Source: Candidatus Nomurabacteria bacterium (lineage in GTDB: Bacteria > Patescibacteriota > Minisyncoccia > Phycocordibacterales > UBA5272). Taken from it: DNA of 64,000 nt. Within the stretch, counting starts at the first letter, position 1. The number at the start of each line of letters is the position of its first letter. The DNA lies in assembly GCA_029288775.1 (NCBI GenBank), contig JARIGQ010000006.1, positions 64,120 through 128,119 on the forward strand. Direction: 5' to 3'. Positions 9,981 through 19,557 of this stretch are shown here, one piece after another. The notes under the pieces are model-generated. The model was not told where the DNA came from. It made no database searches and worked only from the letters and a program-made list of their open reading frames with translations. The translations under genes were made by a program, and so were the position numbers.

Positions 9981-12044
9981 ATGAAATCGATCGTTCCTTT
10001 TCTTACAAAACTTTATCAATATGTAACAGTGTTTTTGGTGGTTGCTTCCCCGCTCTTTTTTATTCCGGGAACCAACTTCGCTCCTGAGGTGACGTACTAC
10101 ATCACCGTTTCTGTGCTTTCTGCTATTGCGCTTCTTTCGTATGCGCTCGTAGCAGTGATTACGCGCTCCTGGCACAGTGTGTCCCGGCTTGAATTCATTT
10201 CCTACTTTACATTTGCAGGCGCTATTGTCCTCTCGGTGCTTGTGGCGGACAATCACCGCATCGCGCTTTTTGGAGATGCGTTTAATCCGCTTTCGGGAGC
10301 AGCGCTTCTTTCGCTTCCTGCAATCATGTACCTCGTGCGAACCCTTCCGGATGGAATGCGTACTAAACTCAAGTATGTTCTTGCAAGCATCCTTGGGGTT
10401 GCAACGTTCTTGTTCGTTCTTCTCATGACGATTAATGGAACGTACGTTTCAATGCTCTCTAATGTGTTCTCTGGATTCTCCACTGCGGTTTCGTTCAGTG
10501 CGTACATCGGTATTTTCGTGGTAGCAGCTTTCTTCTTTACCAAGAAAGCAAAGATTAAAATGTGGCAGAAAGGGGTGATTGTGGTTACTGCCCTTGTGTT
10601 CCTCGCATGGCTTGTCTCTTTGTCTCTTACCTATGTTCGTCCTAATTTCACTTCATCGTTCGTAGTTGCTCAAAATGTGCTTCTTCACGATGGTCTCTTT
10701 GGTATCGGTGCTGGAGATTATGTGCGCAGCTGGCAGCTCTACCGCCCTCAGGCCGTGATTACTTCTCCTTACTTCGCATACGATTTCAGCGAAGGGTTCA
10801 GTACAGCTACGACACTTGCAACAACCATCGGTATTGTCGGTCTTCTCGCATTCCTTATGCTTACGTTGTCTGCACTGTACAGCACATGGCGAAGCTATAG
10901 AAGGATACATGAAGGGGAAGATCATATGGTAACAGGCCTTCTCGCTCTTGTGCTTCTGTATTTGTCGATTATTTCATGGGTGCTTCCGCTTTCGTATGCA
11001 ATGCTTGTGGTATGGATGGTAGTAGGAGGTCTTGGTCTTGCTAAGGCACAGCTTACACAGTTCCATCCAAGTAAGAAGCTTGGCTTCTTGTTTGTTCCGC
11101 TCGCTGTACTCCTTGTTATCCATGCTGGTATGACAGTACAGAAGGCCCGTGCCTTCCTTCTCTTCGGTCAGGCTCAAATGCAAATGACGAACTCAGGTCC
11201 AGTTGATCAGGTAGGTGATTTGCTTACAAAAGCTGAATCAATTTACTCGTACGACGGATTTAATCGTGCTCATGTTGAGTACATGATTGAAAAGGAGCGT
11301 TTGCTTGTGGCGACTACAACTATGGAGCAAGCCGCTCTTCAGCAGGCGTATCTCACCAATGTACAGGCGGCTGTAGATACTGGACTTGGAGCAGTGGCTA
11401 TTAACAAGACAAATTATCAGAACTACGTATCTCTTGGAAGAGCTTACGAACTTGCAATTCCGTTCCAGAAGGATGATGCATATAAGCACGCACGAGATGC
11501 GTATGAACAAGCTACCAAGTTGTATCCTAATAATCCCTACTTGTATGTTATGCTCGCTCGCCTAGAAGCTGCGGCTGGTACCAAGGAAGGGGTTCGTACT
11601 GATTTGACTCAAGCGCTTAAGACTAAGAATAACTTTGCTGATGCGCTTTACCTTATGAGCCAGCTTGAAGCTTCAGATCAAAAGATCGATGAAGCGATTA
11701 ATTACGCAATTGAAGCTGTAAAGAATGCTCCGCAGGATCCACTCGTGTACATTCAAGCAGGTTTGCTCTTATATGGAAAGAAGGATTATCAGGATGCAGT
11801 TATTGCACTTAACACTGCTCTCTCGCTAGATCAGAATAACGCTACGATCGCATACTTCCTCGCCCTTTCGCTTCGTGATGGAGGACGTCCAGATCTTGCA
11901 AAGACCCTTGCTGACGAGCTTGCAAAGCGCGACCCAACCAATTCAGATATTCAAGCTTTGGTAAAATCTGTAGAGAATGCTTCCGCGCCAAGCTCTGTTC
12001 CAGCAGCTACCAAAGCAACCACCAAAACGTCTGTTAAGAAATAA
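9981..12044 (+). CDS. polytopic membrane protein (O-antigen-ligase-like) with C-terminal TPR repeats
   Basis: about 400 aa of TM helices followed by about 280 aa of TPR-like repeats (YELA...AYKHARDAYEQATKLYPNNPY...). Confidence 0.5.
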   Translation: MKSIVPFLTKLYQYVTVFLVVASPLFFIPGTNFAPEVTYYITVSVLSAIALLSYALVAVITRSWHSVSRLEFISYFTFAGAIVLSVLVADNHRIALFGDAFNPLSGAALLSLPAIMYLVRTLPDGMRTKLKYVLASILGVATFLFVLLMTINGTYVSMLSNVFSGFSTAVSFSAYIGIFVVAAFFFTKKAKIKMWQKGVIVVTALVFLAWLVSLSLTYVRPNFTSSFVVAQNVLLHDGLFGIGAGDYVRSWQLYRPQAVITSPYFAYDFSEGFSTATTLATTIGIVGLLAFLMLTLSALYSTWRSYRRIHEGEDHMVTGLLALVLLYLSIISWVLPLSYAMLVVWMVVGGLGLAKAQLTQFHPSKKLGFLFVPLAVLLVIHAGMTVQKARAFLLFGQAQMQMTNSGPVDQVGDLLTKAESIYSYDGFNRAHVEYMIEKERLLVATTTMEQAALQQAYLTNVQAAVDTGLGAVAINKTNYQNYVSLGRAYELAIPFQKDDAYKHARDAYEQATKLYPNNPYLYVMLARLEAAAGTKEGVRTDLTQALKTKNNFADALYLMSQLEASDQKIDEAINYAIEAVKNAPQDPLVYIQAGLLLYGKKDYQDAVIALNTALSLDQNNATIAYFLALSLRDGGRPDLAKTLADELAKRDPTNSDIQALVKSVENASAPSSVPAATKATTKTSVKK

Positions 12045-12899
12045 ATGAATCTGCATGAGATAGAAGCAACAATCAAGGAGCTCTCGCTACGCCATCAACC
12101 GCTTGACGAGATTACCCTTGTGACACTTCTCCGTGCAGGAGGATGGGAGGAAAAAGATATAGAAGACGCAAAGACACTCTTCCGCGGGGGAGTGTCTTCT
12201 GCTCTTAAAGGAAGAACATGGACACAGCAACAAATACGCGAGGATACGGAAAAAGCCCTTCCTAATGGTAATGATTCAAGCCATCTCCTTATGGAACGCA
12301 CGGAAGATGTTCCGAGTGTTATTGGTTCTGAAGAAGCGAAGGGAACGGAAATGTCTCATCATGTGGATCCGGTATCACTGATAGAGGTGAATCACATCGT
12401 AGAAAAAGATGCTATTCCTCATAATTTGCCCTTACGCCCATTTGAGACATCAGAACATGTGTGGCCTTTCTCACGGTATCGCGACGTATTTTATGGGGGA
12501 GAAGATGATCATTTGCCTCCATCAGTTACACCCCACATTGCTTCACCGCCTCCTCCACCAGAACCTGTAGCACCTCCTGTGCCCATCCCGGAGCCTGTAC
12601 AAAGTATTCCCGTAGTGCCTCCTCCTGTAGAAACGCCTGCGGTTGAAGTTCCTCCTCAAGAAGAAGAGATAGAAATTCCTCCTCCGATTGCAGAACCAGT
12701 GTATGTAGAACCGGTAGTAGTTACTCCTGTAATTCCTCCGGTTTCTCCTGCGCCTGTAGAGCTTCCTTTACCTACGCCGACCAAACCCTCGTCGCCTTCA
12801 AAGAGTCATATCGACGAAAATCTTGTTATCCTGGCGTGTTTCATGCTTTTCCTCGTGCTCCTTCTCCTTGGGTATATGTACAGCAATGGGCGACTGTGA
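12045..12899 (+). CDS. proline-rich tail-anchored protein
   Basis: ATG immediately after the upstream stop; PxxP/PVxP repeats; C-terminal hydrophobic anchor. Confidence 0.4.
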   Translation: MNLHEIEATIKELSLRHQPLDEITLVTLLRAGGWEEKDIEDAKTLFRGGVSSALKGRTWTQQQIREDTEKALPNGNDSSHLLMERTEDVPSVIGSEEAKGTEMSHHVDPVSLIEVNHIVEKDAIPHNLPLRPFETSEHVWPFSRYRDVFYGGEDDHLPPSVTPHIASPPPPPEPVAPPVPIPEPVQSIPVVPPPVETPAVEVPPQEEEIEIPPPIAEPVYVEPVVVTPVIPPVSPAPVELPLPTPTKPSSPSKSHIDENLVILACFMLFLVLLLLGYMYSNGRL

Positions 12900-12982
12900 T
12901 GTATTTCCTTTTGAAGTGTTGTCACAAGTTTGTGCTTTAGCTGTTATTACCATTACTAGCAATCAATTAAGAACCTATATCT

Positions 12983-13777
12983 ATGAATAAACATTTGGAT
13001 ATCAAACAGTACGCTTGGTACGCGGGTACGCTCGCCCTTGCGGGATTATTTATCATGTCGCTTGCAATCGCAGGCGCGCAGCTTTCTTCTATGAAGCACC
13101 CACTTGGACAGCAGGGGACAATCACTGTTTCAGGTGATGGAGAAGTAGCTGTTAAACCAGATATTGCAACCATTACGTTTACCGTAAATGAGACCGGCAC
13201 GACAGTTGCAAACGCTCAAGATGCGGTAGAAAAGAAAGTTATTGCTGCAATTAATGCACTTGCGCAATTTGGTGTAGACGAAAAGGATCGCAAAACAGTT
13301 TCGTATAATGTGTATCCACATTACGAAAATGTACCGATTATGTCAGCTATGGGGATGGGTGTTGCAACCTACCCATCAACTAATCAGAAGATCACTGGGT
13401 ATGACGTAAGTGAGACGGTAGAAGTTAAGATTAGAAAGATTGACTCAGCTGGAGATGTTCTTGGAGCGCTTGGAGCTGCAAATATTACGCAGATCTCTGG
13501 TCCTAACTTCACCGTGGAGGATCCAGATAAGGCACAAGAAAAAGCTAAGGAAGAAGCTATTGAAGCGGCTCGTGCAAAGGCAAAAGAAACTGCTCGTGCG
13601 CTTGGAGTTGATTTAGGAGAAGTAGTACAGTTCTCAGAAGATAATGGTGGCTACCCGATGCCGATGAGCTATGCTAAGGATATGCGAGCACAAAGTGCGC
13701 TCGGTTCTGAGGTTACGCTTCCTTCAGGGGATAGTACGATTAAGTCTCATGTGACGATCACGTACAATCTAGATTAA
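12983..13777 (+). CDS. SIMPL-domain (DUF541) periplasmic/surface protein
   Basis: signal anchor + ITVSGDGEVAVKPDIATITFTV... SIMPL signature. Confidence 0.7.
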   Translation: MNKHLDIKQYAWYAGTLALAGLFIMSLAIAGAQLSSMKHPLGQQGTITVSGDGEVAVKPDIATITFTVNETGTTVANAQDAVEKKVIAAINALAQFGVDEKDRKTVSYNVYPHYENVPIMSAMGMGVATYPSTNQKITGYDVSETVEVKIRKIDSAGDVLGALGAANITQISGPNFTVEDPDKAQEKAKEEAIEAARAKAKETARALGVDLGEVVQFSEDNGGYPMPMSYAKDMRAQSALGSEVTLPSGDSTIKSHVTITYNLD

Positions 13778-13800
13778 ATAGAGAAAATATCTGCATAAGA

Positions 13801-13827
13801 AAACCGCCTGGAAGAGGCGGTTTTCTT
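13801..13827 (+). terminator. intrinsic terminator (AAACCGCC-TGGAAGA-GGCGGTTTTCTT)
   Basis: perfect GC stem followed by a T-run directly after the SIMPL gene stop. Confidence 0.7.
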
Positions 13828-13828
13828 A

Positions 13829-13857
13829 TTGACAATAGCGTTTGCTTCCTGTATAAT
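13829..13857 (+). promoter_or_regulatory. consensus sigma70-type promoter TTGACA-17-TATAAT upstream of secE
   Basis: TTGACA at 13829-13834, 17-nt spacer, TATAAT at 13852-13857. Confidence 0.65.
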
Positions 13858-13916
13858 GAGTCTATCAGAAATGCCCGTCGGGGGCGTTTTTTAGAATAAG
13901 ACACTTATAGACCCAT

Positions 13917-14099
13917 ATGAATCTTTTCAATTATCTCAAGGAGACCAAGGCTGAGCTTAAGGAAGTAACATTTCCGAGCATGTCTCAAACGATTCTTTTT
14001 ACTACTGCGGTGATCGTGATTTCTCTTGCGGTTGCAGCGCTTCTTGGTGCGGTGGACTTTGGTCTTCGTGAAGGTCTTATCAAGCTTCTCGCACGCTAA
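13917..14099 (+). CDS. secE: preprotein translocase subunit SecE
   Basis: 60-aa single-TM protein immediately upstream of nusG; typical SecE C-terminus. Confidence 0.8.
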   Translation: MNLFNYLKETKAELKEVTFPSMSQTILFTTAVIVISLAVAALLGAVDFGLREGLIKLLAR

Positions 14100-14119
14100 T
14101 CTTTAATTTATAACTATTT

Positions 14120-14665
14120 ATGGCCAAGCAAGAATTTACAGGAGAGCGTCATTGGTATGCAATCCACACCTATAGTGGGTATGAAAATGCGGTAATGCGT
14201 AATCTTAAGCAGCGCATCGAATCGCTCGGTATGGAGAACAAAATCTTCAATGTGATTGTTCCTATTGAAAAGAAGATCAAGGTAAAAGGAACTAAGCGTG
14301 TAGAAGTTGAGGAAAAGATTTATCCAGGATATGTCCTTGTAGATATGATTGTGGACGATAACTCCTGGTATGTAGTGCGCAATACGCCGCGGGTTACAGG
14401 ATTCGTTGGTGCGGGGACAACGCCTGTTCCACTTATGCAATCTGAAATCGACTTCCTTTTCTCTCGCATGAATACTGGAGAAGTTGAGCATGATATCTCT
14501 ATGGATGTAGGGGAACTTGTTGCTATTACCGATGGTCCGTTTAAGGATTTTGAAGGAAAGGTATCCGAAGTAGATAAGGCACGTGGAAAGCTCAAGGTCT
14601 TGGTAAATATGTTCGGTCGCGAGACGCCGGTTGAACTAGACTTCCTCCAAGTAAAAAAGATTTAA
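14120..14665 (+). CDS. nusG: transcription termination/antitermination factor NusG
   Basis: NGN domain (HWYAIHTYSGYENAV) + KOW (GELVAITDGPFKDFEGKV). Confidence 0.9.
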   Translation: MAKQEFTGERHWYAIHTYSGYENAVMRNLKQRIESLGMENKIFNVIVPIEKKIKVKGTKRVEVEEKIYPGYVLVDMIVDDNSWYVVRNTPRVTGFVGAGTTPVPLMQSEIDFLFSRMNTGEVEHDISMDVGELVAITDGPFKDFEGKVSEVDKARGKLKVLVNMFGRETPVELDFLQVKKI

Positions 14666-14830
14666 AAGTCATCTATTGTCCATTTTCTTTGTTACGGGTC
14701 CCAGTCGGTTCGTCAACGTAGCACTAACTACGTCTCCTCGCCGACAATCCCGTGCCGCGAAACTGGAAGCAATAGCTTACTTTTAAGGCTTGAAAATAAA
14801 TAGAATTAGTGGTAGAATAACGAAACTTTT

Positions 14831-15244
14831 ATGGCAGCAAAGAAAATTACAAAATACGTGAAGGTGCAGATCGAGGCGGGTAAGGCTATGCCTGCGCCTC
14901 CACTTGGTCCTGCACTTGGACAAGCGGGTGTGCAGATTGGAGACTTCGTACAGAAGTTCAACGCTGCAACCAAGGATATGCAGGGACGTCTTTCAGTGAA
15001 GATTTACGTGTACGAAGATCGTACGTACGATTTCGTTATCAAGACTCCTACTGCAACTTCACTTGTGATGAAGGCTGCAAATGTAGCTAAGGGAAATTCA
15101 AAAGGTAATGCCGGAACTATTTCACAGGATAAAATTCGTGAAATCGCAGAGCTCAAATTGAAGGACCTTACTGCCCACACGGTAGAGCAGGCAATGAAGA
15201 TTATCGAAGGAACTGCACGTTCAATCGGTATCAAGGTAAAGTAA
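14831..15244 (+). CDS. rplK: 50S ribosomal protein L11
   Basis: KVQIEAGKAMPAPPLGPALGQAGVQIGDFVQKFN... canonical uL11. Confidence 0.95.
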   Translation: MAAKKITKYVKVQIEAGKAMPAPPLGPALGQAGVQIGDFVQKFNAATKDMQGRLSVKIYVYEDRTYDFVIKTPTATSLVMKAANVAKGNSKGNAGTISQDKIREIAELKLKDLTAHTVEQAMKIIEGTARSIGIKVK

Positions 15245-15255
15245 TATTTCACAAT

Positions 15256-15291
15256 AAAAGCAAAAAGCCGCAATCTTGCGGCTTTTTGCTT
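15256..15291 (+). terminator. intrinsic terminator after rplK
   Basis: AAAAAGCCGCAATCTTGCGGCTTTTTGCTT hairpin + T-run; rplA/rplJ/rplL do not follow. Confidence 0.7.
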
Positions 15292-15363
15292 GAAAGCGTA
15301 GTCTAGTTCCTAGACTTGTTGCAATTCGCTAACAAGAGCCACATTTGCAAAGAGAGGGTTCTC

Positions 15364-16503
15364 ATGGAATATCCTGGTAAAGGTGCGTTTAGTAAGTCCG
15401 ACTTGCAAGATTTGATTGCCGCAGAGCGGATTAAGACGCTCCCAGGCTTCGAAGGGAAGCATGTTGGGCCTGCGTCGATTGATATTACCGTCTCAAGCGA
15501 GGAGGTATATCAAGTCTCTCAGCTTTTGCGGCCCAGCGGCAAGCGCCGCGAGAAGGTGAGAGACATGCTTAAAAGCTTGGATGCCAAGCGGGTGAGGATG
15601 GGTTCGGTCCTTGGTACTGGTCACAAGTACGTTGCTAAGGCAACCGTAAATGGTAACTTCCCCGCAGGGTTATACGGGTATAGTAATGCCAAGTCCACAA
15701 GTGGGCGCAACATGTGTCTGTGCCGGACGATCGCCGACGAGGTCGAAGGGTTCGATACCCTTGATCGCCGTTGGGAAAATTGGACGGGAGAAATTTGGTT
15801 GACGATTGAACCGTTTGTGTTCCCTATCGTTCTTACGGATAAGGAGTGTTACGCACAAATCCGCATGTTCGACGGAGATACTCGGTTCCATGAGTCCGAC
15901 CTGAAGAAGGAGTTACAAAAACGAGATTTCCTTTTTAAGCAGGACGGGAGCCGGTACAACTTAGGCGAGCTCGAGTTGACAACAGGTGACGGCACGATTT
16001 TTACCACCCTATACGCGAAGGCGGGTAGGTTGGTGGGATTCAAGGCGAAGCGCACGCTTGAGCCGCTCAATCTGACTGCGCGCGGACTTCACCCAGAAAG
16101 CCATTTCATTCCGGTCTATGCCGAAAAGGACCCCACGGATCCTGATGGGGGAATGGTCACGCTTGAGGCAGGGCATTTCTACTTGCTCTCGACCAACGAG
16201 GTTCTTGATGTTCCAGAGCATCTTTGCGCAGAGCTGGTTGCACTCCATCCGCGCCTTGGATTGTTCTTCTCCCATTTTGCTGGGTTCTTCGATCCGGGAT
16301 TTAAGGGAGTACCTACCCTTGAAGTGACACCCATCATCAGGACTACTTTGCGTCACCGTGAGGCCGTCGGGTGCTTCCGTTATGAGCGGATGCGTTCAAA
16401 GACGGAGTCATACGCGGTTGTCGGTAACTACAGTGGGCAAAAGAGAACCACGCTTCCGAAGCAGTTTCATCTGCCCAGAGATTGGCACGATGCCATGGCC
16501 TGA
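15364..16503 (+). CDS. long-form 2'-deoxycytidine 5'-triphosphate deaminase-like protein (PF06559-like, dUTPase-fold C-terminus)
   Basis: C-terminal HFAGFFDPGFKGVPTLEV matches the HYAGFFDPGF signature of long DCD proteins; 52-55% GC; AGAGAGGG SD 5 nt before the ATG at 15364. Confidence 0.55.
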   Translation: MEYPGKGAFSKSDLQDLIAAERIKTLPGFEGKHVGPASIDITVSSEEVYQVSQLLRPSGKRREKVRDMLKSLDAKRVRMGSVLGTGHKYVAKATVNGNFPAGLYGYSNAKSTSGRNMCLCRTIADEVEGFDTLDRRWENWTGEIWLTIEPFVFPIVLTDKECYAQIRMFDGDTRFHESDLKKELQKRDFLFKQDGSRYNLGELELTTGDGTIFTTLYAKAGRLVGFKAKRTLEPLNLTARGLHPESHFIPVYAEKDPTDPDGGMVTLEAGHFYLLSTNEVLDVPEHLCAELVALHPRLGLFFSHFAGFFDPGFKGVPTLEVTPIIRTTLRHREAVGCFRYERMRSKTESYAVVGNYSGQKRTTLPKQFHLPRDWHDAMA

Positions 16504-16556
16504 AGAGGCAGTAAGAGCTCCGAGAGGGGCTCTTTCTTTTTTGCTACACTGAGCGT

Positions 16557-16976
16557 ATGAAATTGAAAGTGAAAAGATTACATCCACAGGCTAAACTTCC
16601 TACACGTGCACACCATGATGATGGAGGTTTAGATATTTATTGTTGTGAAGAAGTAACGCTTCCTCCACATACTACTGTAAAAATTCCTACAGGCATTGCC
16701 TATGAATTGCCGGTTGGTTATTGTGCATTTGCATGGGATAAGTCTTCTATTGGCGCGAAAGGATTAAAAACACTTGGAGGCGTATTGGATGCGGGATACC
16801 GCGGGGAATTATTCATCCCGATGAGAAATCTCACTAATGAAAGTTACACGTTTGAAGCAGGACATAAAATCGCACAGATGGTAATTCAAAAAGTAGAACT
16901 CTGGGAGGTAGAAGAAGCGCACGAACTTTCTGAAACCGCTCGCGGAGAAGGAGGATTTGGAAGTACAGGGAAGTAA
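16557..16976 (+). CDS. dut: dUTP diphosphatase
   Basis: GVLDAGYRGEL and RGEGGFGSTGK motifs; AT-rich host-like composition. Confidence 0.85.
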   Translation: MKLKVKRLHPQAKLPTRAHHDDGGLDIYCCEEVTLPPHTTVKIPTGIAYELPVGYCAFAWDKSSIGAKGLKTLGGVLDAGYRGELFIPMRNLTNESYTFEAGHKIAQMVIQKVELWEVEEAHELSETARGEGGFGSTGK

Positions 16977-17423
16977 TTATCTTTTACTTAGCTCTCTTAT
17001 TGTGCCTATATATAACTGCTCGTAGGAAGTACCTTGAATGTTCTTATCTTTGGGGCCCAGGTGTACTTCTGTTTTTTCATCAATCCCCATCTTCATAAAT
17101 TGAGGCAAGATTTGTAGCACTTCTTGTCGTACCTTTTCATTAAATGCAAATCCTGCACCTTTGTAGCAATAGAGTCTATTTTCCTGCTTAAGAAAAAATC
17201 CGCGTATGTGTTCTTCTAAAAAACTGTGTAGAGAAGACTCCTCAACCCATCCTTCATCTTTGAACCATTCGATATGTGAACTTTGAATATTAGGAGGAGC
17301 AACTTCAAGCGCTCCATCTTTTATACAGAACATAATTCTCGATGTGTGGAAATCAATATCTTCAGGCCTTGTTTTGAGGAAATTTAAATCTGGAGCATCT
17401 TTCATGTCTAAAGTATAAAGCAC
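16977..17423 (-). CDS. hypothetical protein (host-like composition)
   Basis: 148-aa AT-rich ORF between dut and the GC-rich block; start may be the internal Met (MKDAPD). Confidence 0.4.
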   Translation of the reverse strand: MLYTLDMKDAPDLNFLKTRPEDIDFHTSRIMFCIKDGALEVAPPNIQSSHIEWFKDEGWVEESSLHSFLEEHIRGFFLKQENRLYCYKGAGFAFNEKVRQEVLQILPQFMKMGIDEKTEVHLGPKDKNIQGTSYEQLYIGTIRELSKR

Positions 17424-17471
17424 TTAAAGAAAAAGGCCCGCCAAGGGGCGGGCCTCGACTCGTTGACCTGA

Positions 17472-18533
17472 TCAGTCTTCGAGTGAAAGGATGAATTCGA
17501 CCATCTCCTGGTCACCACGGCAGCCCACGAGGAGTTGCTCCTTGGAGACCAGCTTGGTGAAGTCTCCTTCGTTGGGGATGGTTTTTCGCAGCTGGGTCCA
17601 GACGCGGGAGTAATTCCCCCACGAACCGTCGGGGTCGCCGTCCTCACGTGGGCGCACCGGGTGCTGCAGGGGAGACATGTGCCCATTCCCTTTCAGGTCT
17701 TGGGCCAGTTCGAGATCCTTCGCGAGTGCCCGGACGCCGTTATGGGTCAGATAGCTGGTCCGCGCGCATTTGCCGGCGGAGGCCCATGCGAGAACTCCTT
17801 CTTTCGGTTCCTCGGCACGGTCTTCCGGACGTATGTACGGAAGGTGCCATTGCCCGATTTGGAGTTCCGTGGGCTTGCTGTTCATCATCGCGTGAGCGAT
17901 GACGATGCCGAAGTCGTTGGCTTCAGGTTGCGCGTGTTCGCTGTTGCGGAGGCCGAAGAAGTTTCTCCAGTGCGTAGCAGTCACGATGACCGTGTGGAAC
18001 GAGTAGGGCTCGATCACGCGGTTGGCATGCTGCTTGTGGAGGCCTTGGTCCTGCTCGAACAGGAAGTGGGAGAGTCCGTACTTCCGGACGAGCTCGTCCA
18101 CCTGTTCGCACAACCATGCACCCTTGGCTGCCATGCCAGCTTTCTCGCTTGCTGCCAGGATTTCCTTGTGGCCGCCAGCCAGGTAGAACGCCTGGATGAC
18201 GGCGATGTCCCGGCCGACCAGCCAGTTGGCTACAGCCTTCTTCTGGTCGGAATCCGACAGGGATTCGCCGGCCTGCATCCCGGCCTTGTTGACCCCGAAC
18301 GAGTTGGGGACGTAAGGCCGTTCAAGCACGGCGATCAGCCGCTTGATCGTGGGCATGGCGCGCGAGCTTGCCGAGTTGCGCGAAAAGCGCGTGTGGGTGT
18401 TGAACTCTGCGAGGTAGGGTCGAGGAAACTCGACTTCCACCGAGCAGATTCGCGATCCGCGAAAAATGCTGTCGCAAATCATCTTTGCGGTGGCGCTTAC
18501 CTCGCGGTAAACGGACGGCGGGGTATAATCCAT
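17472..18533 (-). CDS. unknown 353-aa protein of the GC-rich deoxynucleotide island
   Basis: about 60% GC; AAGGAGAT SD 5 nt upstream; own terminator. The opposite-strand 345-aa ORF is an R/V/G-rich shadow. No TS, ThyX, radical-SAM or MTase motifs recognised. Confidence 0.5.
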   Translation of the reverse strand: MDYTPPSVYREVSATAKMICDSIFRGSRICSVEVEFPRPYLAEFNTHTRFSRNSASSRAMPTIKRLIAVLERPYVPNSFGVNKAGMQAGESLSDSDQKKAVANWLVGRDIAVIQAFYLAGGHKEILAASEKAGMAAKGAWLCEQVDELVRKYGLSHFLFEQDQGLHKQHANRVIEPYSFHTVIVTATHWRNFFGLRNSEHAQPEANDFGIVIAHAMMNSKPTELQIGQWHLPYIRPEDRAEEPKEGVLAWASAGKCARTSYLTHNGVRALAKDLELAQDLKGNGHMSPLQHPVRPREDGDPDGSWGNYSRVWTQLRKTIPNEGDFTKLVSKEQLLVGCRGDQEMVEFILSLED

Positions 18534-18738
18534 GAGATCTCCTTTTCCGTGATGGGGTGGAATGAGCTGTAACCAGCTTATCTAAATGTACAAGTTTGGA
18601 ATAGCTTTTACTAGATTGACAGAACGCGTGTTCTGTTCGTTTGTGGAGTTTCTTTCTTTTACATACACTCGGATAAAAGTTCTTTCTCTCAAGAAGGAAC
18701 ATCCTATTAACTATGCGCCTGCGGGCGAGGAGAGTGAC

Positions 18739-19437
18739 ATGGCCAAGGCTATTATTGCGATCGAAGGGTCTGACGGCGCCGGCAAGGAGACGCAGGCGGG
18801 ACTGCTTATGAAGTTCCTCCAGTCGCAGGGATATACCGTGGGGACGGAATCATTTCCCCGTTACAACAAATCGGTCGGCGGTATCTTTTTGTATGATGCC
18901 CTTAAGGGACCGGAGAAGGAGAAGTACGCCTTCTCGAAGCTTGATCCATATGACGCGAGCAAGCCCTACGCCATGGATCGTTCGGAGTCCCGCGGCATCA
19001 TCGAAGATCTCGTCGCGAAGCACGATGTGGTTGTCTTCGATCGTTACGTTGAGTCGAACTTGCTCCACCAAGGGGGCAAGCTCGCTACACCTGAAGAGCG
19101 TGTAGAATACGCGAATTGGTTGTTCCGGGAAGAATACGAAGGCAAGCGCGGTATCCCGCGCCCTGACTTCGTGATCTACCTCAAGATCCCGTTCTGGCTT
19201 TCGCGCGCCCGTGCGGAGCGGCGGTCGGCAAACGGCGGCCCCGCACTTGATGCGGTCGAGTCCGACATGGATTACGTGCGTAAGGGCCACGAAGGCGGCA
19301 TCTTCTATGCCGAGCATTTCGGTTGGGAAGTAGTGGAAGGCTTGGAGGACAAGCGCGAGCTCACCCCGGATGAAGTTCACCAGAAGGTGATCCGCCAGAT
19401 TACCCCTCGTCTTCTCGAAAAAGGGATCGAGATCTGA
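18739..19437 (+). CDS. thymidylate-kinase-like P-loop kinase (P-loop present, TREPGGT motif absent)
   Basis: IIAIEGSDGAGKETQ P-loop, DRYVESNLLHQGG (DRY/lid-like); GAGGAGAG SD before the ATG at 18739. Confidence 0.6.
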   Translation: MAKAIIAIEGSDGAGKETQAGLLMKFLQSQGYTVGTESFPRYNKSVGGIFLYDALKGPEKEKYAFSKLDPYDASKPYAMDRSESRGIIEDLVAKHDVVVFDRYVESNLLHQGGKLATPEERVEYANWLFREEYEGKRGIPRPDFVIYLKIPFWLSRARAERRSANGGPALDAVESDMDYVRKGHEGGIFYAEHFGWEVVEGLEDKRELTPDEVHQKVIRQITPRLLEKGIEI

Positions 19438-19557
19438 AGTAACACTATGGAAACCGGCCCACGGGGCCGGTTTTTTCTTTTCTCGACACATAAGGGAATG
19501 ATGTGATAGGGTGTCGTTAGTACATCCGTACTTTTTCTTTTGCGAAGGAGAAGATTC

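Noticed and set aside
14690-14770. Possible tRNA in the GC-rich nusG-rplK spacer
   Set aside because: No T-loop (GGTTCGAATCC-like) or acceptor-stem complementarity; does not fold as a cloverleaf.
17535-18572. 345-aa plus-strand ORF overlapping the 353-aa minus-strand gene
   Set aside because: R/V/G/L-rich composition and no start context; typical antisense shadow ORF in 60% GC DNA. The minus-strand frame has the SD and terminator.
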